From Cycas panzhihuaensis (lineage: Eukaryota > Plantae > Cycadophyta), in the NCBI GenBank assembly GCA_023213395.1, contig CM041465.1, forward strand, positions 202,809,741 through 202,873,740: a stretch of DNA of 64,000 nt. Direction: 5' to 3'. This document shows, piece by piece, positions 1-14,239 of this stretch. Numbering within the stretch: the first letter of the stretch is position 1; the number at the start of each line of letters is the position of its first letter. The position numbers and the translations under genes are program-made. The notes below the pieces were generated by a model. It made no database searches. It worked only from the letters and a program-made list of their open reading frames with translations, and was not told where the DNA came from.

Positions 1-114
1 AATTATATCTAAATTCATATAAAGTACATTTTACTAAGAGACTAATGTTAATAATATATCCTAAGGTCACTTAAGTAATATACATAAATGACATTGATAC
101 ATTAACCTCTTTCA
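1..114 (-). mobile_element. 5' end of a Copia-family LTR, cut by the window edge; same family as the LTR at 57438
   Basis: The reverse complement of 1-114 (tgaaagaggttaatgtatcaatgtcatttatg...ttagatataatt) aligns collinearly with 57438-57551 (taaaagaggttaatatattaaggttatttatg...ttagatgtaatt). TG terminus at 114. Confidence 0.85.
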
Positions 115-720
115 CAAGAACCTTGCTTTGAGCCTTCTTTTACCTATTAATGAGCCAAAACTATGATAGAAACCTAGCTTTGAGTCTCTTCTACATGTTA
201 AAGGGACTAAACTATGACTGGGAACCCTCTGAATTTGATTATTAATGAGGTTAAACTATGATAATTAACTTTTGAAATCCCTCACCCTATTAATGAGGAT
301 AAACTTTGATGGATTTAGTTTGAAAAGTCACCTATTAATGAGATTATAAACTATGATAATCTATCCTTTTTACTTCAGTAAAAAGCTTTTCTTTCGACAC
401 ATGCTTAAAGAGAGATAAACTATGACCAATTGTACAATAAAGTGCTATCTAGTTTATAGGCATTTGGTGATGAAGTCCCATCCAGTTTGTGGACATTTTA
501 GTAGCGAAGTCCCATCTAGTTTGTAGGCATTAGATAGGTTTCTTTGGTGATAGATACCTAGTCCTTTTAGGTGAGTTTCTAGCAATGATAGATACCCAGT
601 CCTTTTGGGTAGGTTTTTGGTGATGATAGGTGCCTAATCTTTTTGGCCAAAGAGATGTAAATAGTGGCATTTTGGTATTAGAAACTCAGTCTTTTTGGGT
701 AGGTTTATTAATAAAATCCT
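115..720 (+). repeat. Degenerate tandem-repeat arrays in a Gypsy 3' non-coding region
   Basis: Recurrent unit (cc)tattaatgag...aaactatga at about 140-430, then about 33-38 bp units (gaagtcccatctagtttgtaggcatt; gatagatacccagtccttttgggtagg) at 450-720. A similar motif occurs in reverse at 57775-57925, just 3' of a Gypsy integrase. Confidence 0.7.
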
Positions 721-880
721 ATTAATTTCATTATCGTAGGAAGTTTGTTTCAAGGGCTTCTTTATTTCATCATTCATATAGTTCATTTAGTTTAATTCAT
801 AGTTAATCAAAGAACAGTCACCTTCGCCATTACCATCTCTCACCATCTTATTTTCTTCTTATAATAGGGGCTTCAGATGT

Positions 881-3264
881 TAAGGGGGTAAATATTTCAC
901 CAAAACCTAACCTCTAAGTTATATTTATAACTTTTAATACATTTCTTGTATGGTTTTATAGGAAAATAAATGATGGACTTGTTTAATGATGAGTTAGGCT
1001 GTGTTTTGATAAAGATGCATTGATTTTGTTTTATGATCTATTATAAATGATGACATAATGTATATTTTGCTATTATCTTTCAATGACTGAGACCATGGAA
1101 TTAAAATTTTTCTTCATGATCAATTTAATCTAACATTTCCTTTAAAACTTTTTATTTTTAAGTTTTACTCTTGATTTCACCTAAATTTTGTTATTTTTAA
1201 TCAATTTTGGGCTTGGATTTATTATTTTCATCTTGTTTTAGGCCTCTTTACTTATTCATAAAGTCATTTGTACCTCAATTTATATTTAAAAATTAATTTC
1301 TTAACCTTTTAATGAATTAATTTTTACTTCCCATTTATCATATTTTTGGTATTTCTAAAAATGTGATATGTCATGTTTTTAGAGTAAAATCGTATTTTTG
1401 GTAGGTCTAAAAATATGACTAGTTACATTTTTTACTGCCATGCATGTAAAACTTGGTTAGCACACTAGTTTTTTGTATACTACCATCCTAATTTGATAGA
1501 ATTTTATCCTTTTGATACTTAAAAATGATGAGTAGGATTTTGTTGTTTCCCATTATTATTTCCCATTGTGATTTTTAGAGATTTTTTTAGGACTACTATT
1601 GCTATGACTTCAAGATTAATTTTGGTGATACTTATGGGTGAAATCAAGAGAAGAATTTGATGTTGTGACTTGTTGCTCTATTAATATTCAAATATTGATG
1701 GTTTGATCTTTAGCTTTTATTATTTTTTTTCAAAGTTCTCAACCTCAAAGTTCTTCTAAATTAGTAAGAGCTTTCATATATGATGTCTTATCATTTTACT
1801 ATCTGTTGAAGGTTATTTTCATACTCATAACTTGCTCTTTCTTTTAGTTGGTTATTATGGTATTGTTATATACATTTTAAGGCTTAGAATATTAGTTGAA
1901 AGGCCATCCCTTTGTGGGGTTCATAAGGGATAGACTAAGGTGGGGCATGGTCATCTCTCCATTATTCAAATAATTACCCCTTCCTATTCTTGCATAGTAG
2001 TCTATATTCCAAGTGGTTTGTTGTCTCTTTTGGTTTTGTTTGGCTATGGTTAAGCCCTTATTCATATTTCTTCTCTTCCTTTACTTATTTTAAAGGAAAA
2101 TTTTAGAAAGGATTAATAAATTTAAAGAAAAGAGCCATTTTCATACTAGGAAAGAAGTTGTGATTTTATAGTTTCATTATTTGCTTGATTTCTCTTTTAA
2201 GACTGTTTTCTTTCCCTTGAAAAGAAACTTTGAAGTGTTGAATGGAAAGTATACTTTATTTTTTAGACTACTAGAGTTTCAAGGATTATTTTGGAGCCTT
2301 TCTTGCTCCAATTGGGTAAGAATTTTTAAAGTTGTGTAGTTAATATCTTGTATGAGGATTGATATTGAGCTTTCATTATTTGCATGCAACTTTAAAGGTC
2401 TGAAAACCCATTTTAAATAGTAGTAATATATCTTTCAAATCTCTCTTTTTACATCATAGAACATTCATTCAATAAAAAGATTACATGTGTGTGAAATAAA
2501 ATCTTTTAACTAGTATTGCATGTTGTAAAATTCTTTGAAAGCTTGTATAGAGTAATTGCATGGTGTGCTACATCTCTTGCTAGTGCCTTTTCATTTTATA
2601 GTGAAGTATGCATATTACATTCCAAAGGATAGTTTCATATTTGAATTAGTGCGTTTCATCTCTAAAGTATAAAAAAACAAAAATACATTACATGCATCTA
2701 GTTATAATTTCTTTTGCTTACTGGTTAAAGATAGAATAGGCCTTATTACTTTATAGATCACCTGGGTTTATTGTGTTTCATTTTATTAAAAAAAAAAAAA
2801 AAAGGAACAATTTCTAATTGCTTAGCCCTCCCCTTTATCTAAGTAAAACTCAAAAAGTTGAAAAGATTAAAGGATAGGAGTCCCTAAGAAGGACATAAAA
2901 GATATTGTTAAAGTAGCTCTAAATCTAGAATTCCTTCACCCTATTGTTTAGGTTAGTGGATTCTACCACTTCCATATATCTAAGCCTTTCGTCACATTCC
3001 TCATTCATATCTTATTTGATGATATAACTAGGTGAAGACTCCTTCTTAGGATTTAGCTAAAGGTGGTTACTTAGGTCTTCTTAAATCTCATATCTCTTGG
3101 TCCTAATTAAAATAAAGGAGACATCTCACCAACTAAGAGATATCTAGTTTAGGTCCACCCAAGATGACACCAAGTGCCTGTGAACTTCTTGAGTATGTAT
3201 GAAAGGGTAATTATTATTATCCCTCTATGAGGCTAAACTAAGGGCATCTAAGTAGATACACACA
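881..3264 (+). mobile_element. Polypurine tract plus probable long Gypsy 3' LTR (end approximate)
   Basis: Purine tract taagggggtaaa at about 881-892 is followed by a decayed TG start (tatttcacc). About 2.4 kb is non-coding and ends near ...tagatacacaca. No partner LTR in the window. Confidence 0.45.
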
Positions 3265-6089
3265 TTTATTTGAGTGGAGATGGTGACTTATAACTGGCAA
3301 ATGGTATGAGGGTATAACATGAATATGAAATATGCTACTAAATACAACTACATGCTTTTAACTTTAAATGGATGCATCTGATTTACTCCTAACAAGCTTT
3401 TTTTTTTCACCCTTAAAAATTTAGGACTTGTATTGATACGGTCCCTCCTCACATTTTGAGTTAGCTACCTAGGATATAATCTAGTCATTTTAATAACCTA
3501 CTCAAAAAAGTAGTACATAACATCTATGAATGCAAATGCACAAAAGAGAAATGGAAGGAAAAGTAAAACAATCACTCTTTTCTTTTTTTTCTCTTCCTTT
3601 TTTAAATTTTTTGGATCAAGAGGGAATGAGGGGAATGAAGGGGAAAAAAAGAGATGAATAAATCAAAACAAATCCCCCCTTTTCACTTTTTCTTCCCCCC
3701 TCCCTCTCTCTCTTTGTATTTTTTTTAAAGGAAAAAAGGGGCAGAAAGGGTAATGAGAAGAATAGGGAAACACATGTGCTATTTCTTCTCTCTCTTTCTT
3801 TTCTTCTTTTCTTTGTTCTTTTCTTTTTATTTACTAGTTCCTTCTTCCTTTCTTCTTTTCTCTTCTTTTTTTTTGGATAAAATAAAAGGAAAGAAAATAT
3901 CAAACTGAGGGAAAAAAAAATCTATAAATAAAAGGAAGGGTGAAGGCATCTACCTGGGGAGGTGACAGTTGAAGAAGTGATGTCTTCTACCCATGAATCT
4001 GCAACACCTCTTATGTAGTGGAGATAAGAGGGGGCTAATGCTTACCCACCTTTGAGAGAAATTCAATAGTGTTTTCGCTTTCCGAAAGCCTCTTATGACA
4101 AAAAAGGAAGATGCTCAAAGCACTATAAGTTTAAGAGGAAAAATGAAAAGGAAGGGAAGAAGAGATTCATGGCTAACCTCTCTAATGGTAGTCGACAAGA
4201 GAGTAATTATAGCTCCCATGTGATGGAAAGTGGTTGAAAACTCCTCCCTCTTCAATTTTCTTCTTGTAAATAGGTTAGCTTTCTTGAAAGGTTGGTGAGT
4301 CTACTATACTTTCCAATAAGAAGAATCATATATAACTTACAAAGACTCAAAAAGTATAAAGGAAATAACCCTAAGTCAATGAGAATGCAAGAAAAATTTA
4401 TGAGAAAGGATAGGGGTGCCTTAGGATAGTACCATGTCCCTATGTATTTGGTTTCCTAAGTTGTACTTAGGAAACCTCCCTCAACTTACCACTTATTCTA
4501 AAATAACAATCAAGAAATAAGCACAAGCCAACTAAAAAAGACACAACTCAAAGTAACAATATGAGAAGATGGCACAAAAGAAATAATTGATAATTCACCA
4601 TCAAGAATTCATACATTCTAGTATGAAAAAGATGAAATAAGAACTAAGATCACCTCAATGACAAAAGAGTGGACTACCAATTCCTTTAATGGGAAGTGAT
4701 GGCCAATAGCTAGTTCAACTTTCCCTCAAGGCTTCTTTAACAATTCTTGGGCACTTGCTCTTAATTCCTCTAAAGAAAGCAATTGGTATGCTCTAAATGT
4801 TAGTGGTTCTAGAAAAATTTCAATAGCATAATGATAGTATTCCTCTTGCAAAATAATCTCCCCCTTTTTCCTTGGAAAATGAGGGGGATTTATAGATGAA
4901 ATGGGATGAGGGGTTGGTGGTTTTCTACCCAAAATATAGGGAAAACTATCAACTAAAAACCATGAACTCTGCTCATGGTTTGAGAGATTTAGATTGAAAA
5001 GATCAAGAAAATGAAAGGTTTGAGGCATGTTTAACCTCCTAAATTGAAGTGATTGACTTGGGGCTAATGTAGCCTACTAGATCTGAGATTTACCTATTAA
5101 TGAGCTGACTGTTACTAATAAATCTAAATATGGGTTGGTGATAGTCATACTATAAATTCTTTTGTGCTACCATGAACATGTTTGCAATGCCACAAGATAT
5201 TTTGTGGTATTTCTAATATAGATAAAAATGAAGCAATACAAAAACATACCTATTTTTCTTCATCTCTCCCTTATGCAGACATGTAGACTCACTAAAGGAA
5301 TGTCATACAAGCATTAAGCAATCATCATTAAGTGGTAACAAGTGAGAGTAAGGCGAAACAAGCAAAATAAACAATAATTAAAGAAATGAATGAGTTACAA
5401 GTGGCAAGGGAGGCATCATTTTCTAGCATAAGAACACTTATAAGGGATATAAGGGCTATGGACCTAAGTTCTGATCATCATTGACATATAAATTGGAACA
5501 TGAACTAATCGACAAGTAAATAAACAAGTATATCCACTACATAATCTCGAATGTAAGTAGGATAAAAGGTAAATCAAGGTAGAAATATACCTATACTTAC
5601 CTTGCTCAGTTGAATGTCCAAGTTCAATTCCCAAAAGATGGGAAACACCATCATAATTATTTTCTATTTCTATTCTAGATTTTCTAAAAGTTGTAGTAAA
5701 CCTATTGATATTTGTACTTATTTTTAACACACCTTATAATGAATCTCACTATGTCACTCTTTATTATTGGCTAATAAAACTATCTTTTCACATCTACATA
5801 TATTTCATGATAACTAAGATGACTTGTATATGGGGTCACATGAACCTCATGCATAATTAATTCTCTAGTATCTGAATCTAGTGGTATATAAATCCTTTAC
5901 TAAAATACTAGTGAACCATTCATTCTACATCACATAGAAACTTGCATACTTTCTTAGAACTTAGTATCCACATTCTCTTAAGATATTATCTTTGTATGAC
6001 TTCCTTTGATTCCCTATAAAATTAATCTCTTTCGTATACTTTCAAAATAAATTTAAGTTAAATTGATGCATACCTATTGTGATAGATAA

Positions 6090-7885
<1,796 letters not shown>

Positions 7886-8879
7886 ATTGATATGAGAGTA
7901 TGTTTTACTTGCCTATATTTCTTTTAATTAGTATTAGATCTAGGGTTTTAATTTGGTGGTGAGCCTATTAAAACTTTGGTCCAAGCCTAGTTTTGACTCC
8001 AGTTAGGTTGTAAGACTATGGATGTATGTACCTATCAAGGTTTTATTCTAAACTTATTTTAAGTATGTTTATTTATGATTAATAAGGGGGGTAGCCTATT
8101 TATTTAGAAGGTGAAGGTTTATTATAGGCTATGGATAGTTTTAAATCACAATTATACAAGGCACTTAGAAGCATGTTGATGTCATGATCTTAGAGTATAT
8201 TAGTGCCAATGTGGTATAAATTTAACTGATAGTATAGGTGTTGTAATTATCTTAAATCCCAAAAAGGTTTATTTCATGTTTGATTCATTATTGGACTACT
8301 TATCTGCATGTTTTACCAGTATGCATGCAAGCGTTACATATGAATCTAAGAGTGGGGCTTTAGATATAAGCCCAATCACCCTATAAAGCTAGTGTTATGG
8401 TGGATTATCCATAGTTTTAACCTCTATCATGAAGTGATATTATGATTAAAGAGGAGTTTATGGCATGTTGAGAGTAATAAATAGTTCATTAGCCTGTGTA
8501 GAGAAAACTAGCAAGTTTGGGGCTTAGTGTGGAGCTTTCTGATATGTTGAGAAATTGTATATTAAAAGGAATGGTTGGCTAGTTATGTATGTGCAATAAG
8601 AAGCAAGTTGTTAGGGTTTATTGGACATGTCACCTCATCAAAAAGTTAAAGGATTTAATGAACACTATTTGATGAAAAGAGTTATTATCTACCCTCTTCA
8701 TTTTTGATCTATGGTAGAAAAGAGGATTTAAAGGGTTTTAAAAGTGGTATTGGCATGAAAACTTCTAAGAAAACCATTATTCTTAAGTATTCTAATTGTT
8801 AATATGAGATGATTATGAGGATGCCATTTGTTGGAGGGCTTGTATATGATGTCTTTTGATGATTACTAAGGTGGAGATA

Positions 8880-11800
8880 TTTTAACAAAATGCTCAGTTG
8901 ATCAATTCCACATTGTCACAGGAATTCTCAACCTTCATGATCAACTCAAGAATATCATGACAACTGACCAAGAAACAATCCTCCTCAATCTTATGAGGAA
9001 AAGGGGAGATCTTTCAATATTGATCATTCTCAACCAAGAAGTCAAAGCCTAAGTTATGGGAGAAGAGATCCATTGTATTATACTTATTGCCATAAAAATG
9101 GTTACACTGAAGATAAATATTTTTTAAAACATGGCCTACCATCTAGAGGACATGCTTCAAATTCATTAGAATCAAAGGTTAATAACAAGTTATTTTTATC
9201 CAACTTTTCTGTTAAGGAATAAGAGGATGATAGCTGGTATATTGATTCAAGTTACTCAACCCACATGACTCATAAAGAAAATTTATTTTAAACTTTGGAT
9301 AAAAATAGAAAAGGGTCAATTATGTTTAGAGACAATACTTCTCATGAATTAGTTGGGAAAGGTAACATAGCCTTGATGACTGATATTGGTGAATATAGAT
9401 ACTTAGATGATGTCTTATATGTCCCTACCTTAAGGAAGAACTTGATATTGGTAGGTCAGATGATGGGACAAGATTATAAGGTGATTTTTGACAATGGCGA
9501 ATACGTCATCAAAGACAAAAGAAAAAAATGAAGCTATTGTTGCCAAAGGTATAATGACTAAAGATCATTTATTTAAGCTTATCCTCACCCCTTCAGATAC
9601 ATATGCCCTTAGAACTTCAACTATAATGGATAGTGATTTGTGACATAGATAGTTTGGTCACCTTAACTACAATAGCTTGTCTCTTATGAAAAGGTTGGAT
9701 ATGGTTAATGGTCTACCACCTATTGATATTAATAAAAAGTTGTGTGAGGGATACCTTCTTGGCAAACAACATAGAGAAAGCTTTCCAGATTTTAGCCATT
9801 GAGCATTTGCCCCTCTTCAACTAGTATACATAGACATTTGTGGACCAATGAATACTCCCTCCTTAGCAGGTGTAAAGTATTTTCTCACATTTATTGATGA
9901 CTTCATAAGAAAAACATGGGTTTTCTTTTTAAAATATAAATCTGATGCTTTTGACCCCTTTATTGACTTCAAAACCTTTGTTGAGTGACAAAGTGGATAT
10001 CATATCCTTTCTCTAAGATCATATAATGGGGGAGAGTTTATATCTAATGCTTTTAAGGATTATTATATCTACCATGGGATCAGAAGACAATTTACCAATC
10101 CCTACATCCCACAAAAAAATGGTGTAGTGAAAAGAAAAAATAGAACTATCATTGAAATCACACTATGTATGCTTAAAGATAAAAACTTGGGCCATTAATT
10201 TTGGGCTGAAGCAGTTCATACAACCATCTACTTACTTAATAGATGTTCCACTAAAGCGCTTAGGTGGAAAACTCTAGAAGAAGCATAGACCGATTACAAA
10301 CCAAGTATATATCATAGTAGCGTATTTGGATGTCTTGCATATGCCTATATTCCTGATCAAAGAAGAACTAAGTTAGATGACCATAGTGTCAAATATATTT
10401 TTATTGGCTATAGTGAATCTTCTAAATCCTATAAAGTCTATAATCTGAAATCAGGAAAAGTTATAGTGAGTAGAGACATCAAATTTCAGGAAGACACCTA
10501 CTACCAAGATAATCAGGAAAAATAGAAAGAGATTGCTATTAAATTTAACACATCAAGTAAGTCCAAATATGTGCCTCCTATGTGGAGAAATATCCAAGAA
10601 CCCATTAGGGAAGGAATGTCATCTCGACCTTCACCACAATATCTACCTAAATGGGTTCATCGTAACCATGACTTAGGATATATATTAGACAACAATGGAA
10701 GATCTACAGGCTCCCATAGGGTCAACTTTACCCTAATGAGCAAGGTACTCAAAATTCATGAGCCTCAAACCTTTGATGAGACTAATTAATATGAATGTTG
10801 GTAGAAAGCCATGAAAGAAGAATATAAATCTATTATTAAGAATGATACTTGGGAACTCGTAGGCTTACCACAAAAGAAGAAAGATATTGGCACCAAATAG
10901 GTCTATAAGATCAAGTTCCACTTTGATGGCTCCATTGATAAATATAAAGCTTGATTGGTTGCAAAAGGATATGCCCAAAGAGAAGACATAGACTATATAG
11001 AAACATTTATCCCTATCACTAGGATGGAATCTATTTGCATGATGATAAGTTTAGCCACCCAAATGGGTTGGAAACTTTATCAAATGGATGTGAAAAGTTC
11101 TTTCTTGAATGGTTATATCAAAGAAGACATCTATGTCACTCAACCCCTCAGTTTTGAAGTTAGGGGGGAAGAAAACAAAGTATACAAGTTAAAGAAGGCA
11201 CTATATTGTCTAAAATAAGCACCCAAGGCTTAGTATTCCTGCATAAACACATATTTTAGAGATCAAGGATTTGAAAGATCTCAAGCAGATCCAAACTTAT
11301 ACATTTAAGTTAAGTTAAATTTGATATTGATTGTAGGTCTTTATATGGATGATTTAATTTATATTAGAAATAACTCCCATATTTTACATCAATTTAAAGA
11401 TGCTATATGTAAGGAATTCGATATGATAGACTCAGACCTTATGCATTACTTTTTAGGATTAGAAGTCTGGTAGGACAAATAAGGAATCTTTATCTCTCAA
11501 CGTAAATATATATTGGATTTACTACAAAGATTCAGAATAACAAACTGCAAACCATTGATAATACCAACAGAAATTAGAATCAAACTTTCTAAGAGGCATG
11601 ACTTAACTTTGGTTGATCCTAGTCTCTATAGATAGCTCATTGGTAGTCTAATATATTTAATATCTACTCAACTAGATATAACATATTCAATTAGTGTTGT
11701 GTCCATGTTTATGTAGGATCCAAAGACATCTTATTGGAAAGCTGCCAAAAGAATCCTTAGATACCTTAAAGGGATTCCAGATTTTAGGTTATATTACAAA

Positions 11801-12716
11801 GCCACATCCAAATTTCAGTTAATTGGTTATATAGATTTAGATTAGGTAGGTGATGTTGATGATAGAAAGTATACCATGGGTTATGCATTCAGTATGTGAT
11901 CGGCAGTAGTAGCTTAGAGTACAAAGAAGTAAAATACCATTTCCTTATCCACAGTCGAGGCAGAGTATAAAGTTGTAGTTTCAGGAGCTTGTGAATCAAT
12001 ATGGCTGAGAAGATTATTATAGGATTTTCAGATTAAACAACAAGGTCCCACTAGAATTTCGTATGACAATCAAAGCACTATCTAAATGGCCAAAAATCTA
12101 ATATTCCATGGTAGAACAAAATATATTAAGACTCAACATCACTTTATTTAGAAACTTGTACAAGTAGATAAGATAGAGTTGACTTATTATAGCACCAGAA
12201 ATCAGACAACAGATATTTTTACAAAGGCTTTGGAAAAAATCAAATATAAGAAGTTCAGAGACAATCTGGGAGTCATACACATTGGGCTTATGGGGGATAA
12301 TGTTGGGAATAATCCCAATGTTATTAAAAAAACCTATGCACCTAGGGCCCCTCAAATCCACCTTTGAGGGACCTTAGGGCACCTTGAGCCTCCCAATAGC
12401 CACCAGGAGCTGACACCACTTTATTAAGGTATGCACTTTTATTTATTGTTGTTATTTTTTAATATATTTTAAATTGTATATTAGCTAACGTGCAGGTAGG
12501 GTGATGGCACTTGTCGCCTCCCAAAAAACTCTATTTAAAGGGTGGGAATATCTCCCTAGTATTTTTTAACACTACCAACAATAAAAAATCACCTATTTTC
12601 TCAAGATGCACTCGATCTAAAGTCCTGCTTTGCTCCTCTAAATCCATCATATATTCTGGATTTAAAAGTGGATTTTCCTCTACATTTTATCATTTTCTAA
12701 GGTAACTTTCTCTACA
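8880..12716 (+). mobile_element. 5'-truncated, decayed Ty1/Copia element (gag zinc knuckle, PR, IN, RT, RNase H, PPT, 3' LTR 12301-12716)
   Basis: Zinc knuckle at about 9077-9120. WYIDS protease motif at about 9235, DVLYVPTLRKNLI, integrase DICGPM at about 9832, RT LVAKGYAQREDIDY and KLYQMDVKSSFLNG, RNase H end DIFTKAL. PPT tgggggataa, then TGTTGGG at 12301. Many premature stops. Confidence 0.93.
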
Positions 12717-13873
12717 GGCAATGTTATTGCTATGTATTCTTGTTAGATTTATGCTTAGATCTATGTTTAATAGTTGTAGAGTAGAGAAAAATAGATGTAG
12801 TAGGCATTGGGCACTCAAAAAAGTGTTTGGGCATTTTTCTCAATGTTAGGAAGCTTATGGAGAATTATATGTTCAAAATTTAATAAGTATGAAGTTGTAG
12901 ATAAATCTAAAAGGTTAAAATCCTTGAATTAGAAGCTTATAGATTGAGAAATGATTAAGAAAAGATTAACATAGGATTTTGGATATTTTTCTTAATGATT
13001 AATAATTTGTAGAGCATTGCATGATCAATATTTTGAAGAATTAGTGTTGTAGATGCATATAAAGTATTTTGAAACCTTAATTTAAAGCTTACATATCAAA
13101 AAATTATTAAGAAATCAATCTTAAATGATAATCTTATTCCATGCATGGTTCACATGCATGTCATATGGCTCTTTTAGAATGAAATTTTTTATTAATATAA
13201 AGTTTGTTAATTCTATAACTTATATTAAAGCATTTTTAATATATTTTAAAGTTGTCTTAACCCTTGCATGAGGTTGTATATGTGGTCGAGAGCTAAAATG
13301 AAAGGGGCTACACACCTAATTTTTACTATTTTTCATTTTTTATGGACTTGTACATAATAAAATGGTTATAACTTCCTCATGAGGTATTGGAATTGAGTGT
13401 TGTCAATTGTATTACAAAACTAACTTCTATGGATTTCTAATAAGTGGTCGCATAATATACTTTGAGGATTTTTCAAGGTAATTTTAATGGTATAAAGTTT
13501 AGACATTAAGTTAATAGGATATCAAAATTAAGCCTAAAATAAAAAAAAAGATGTTTTGTTGCATGGTTATACTTGGATAACCATTTTTGCATATTTGTTC
13601 CATAATGCAATAGATGGGACACAAGTTCTTTAGTTAGGTTTGTCTTCTCAAGTGTAATAGAGTTAAAAATAAGTAAAATAGGAACACGTGAAGGTTTTTT
13701 AGTAGGAAAATATTGGTAAACCATGTGCAAGAATGCTATTCTAGAGGACTAATCAGTACAATGACTGGTTACCCATGTGCTCTAGTAGATTCTTGGCTTT
13801 TATATGGACCTAGCATCAAGATTTGAAACAATTATGTGGTATGGTTTAGTATTAAGTAAGGAATATTGGGTAA

Positions 13874-14212
13874 TGTTAACCGATGGCATTATTAAATTGA
13901 TGTAAATTAATATGATTATCCCTTTAATATACACTAAAGGGTCATAATATGTATACTTCTTTATTGTAATTAGTTATTAGTTGACTGAGTGGCTCATAAA
14001 ATACAATTGGACAATTAGGTGGTGATATGTATTATATATATGTATTAGTTTAGCATAATATAACTGGAAGTGATCATTTTTTACAACTATATTGTGTTAT
14101 GTATTTGTGCATATTTTTTCATTTATTATTCACTTGTATATCATTATTTCATAGTCTTGTTAGATCATGGACATGTGTATTGGCATTTAGTTTCTTACAA
14201 GTGGTATTAGAG
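13874..14212 (+). mobile_element. LTR copy 2 (13874-14199) plus PBS
   Basis: TG...CA ends (tgttaacc...ttcttaca), homologous to 6090-7885, followed by tggtattagag at 14202-14212. Confidence 0.8.
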
Positions 14213-14239
14213 TATGTTTTAGTTTCCTATGTTTCTTTC

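Noticed and set aside
115-720. CRISPR-like repeat spacing
   Set aside because: The units are degenerate, lack unique spacers and have no cas genes nearby. The context is a eukaryotic retroelement.
3616-3903. 95-aa K/R/F-rich ORF
   Set aside because: Low-complexity purine/pyrimidine tracts with no protein motif.
4726-5028. 100-aa minus-strand ORF
   Set aside because: No recognisable domain. It may be a retroelement accessory ORF, but I cannot support that.
5464-6050. Possible minus-strand Copia RT remnant (GVSHLLGIEL, LIYL)
   Set aside because: The motifs are too short and their spacing is wrong for a confident call.
8340-8430. Possible PPT plus short Copia LTR remnant
   Set aside because: No partner copy, TSD or adjacent coding motif.
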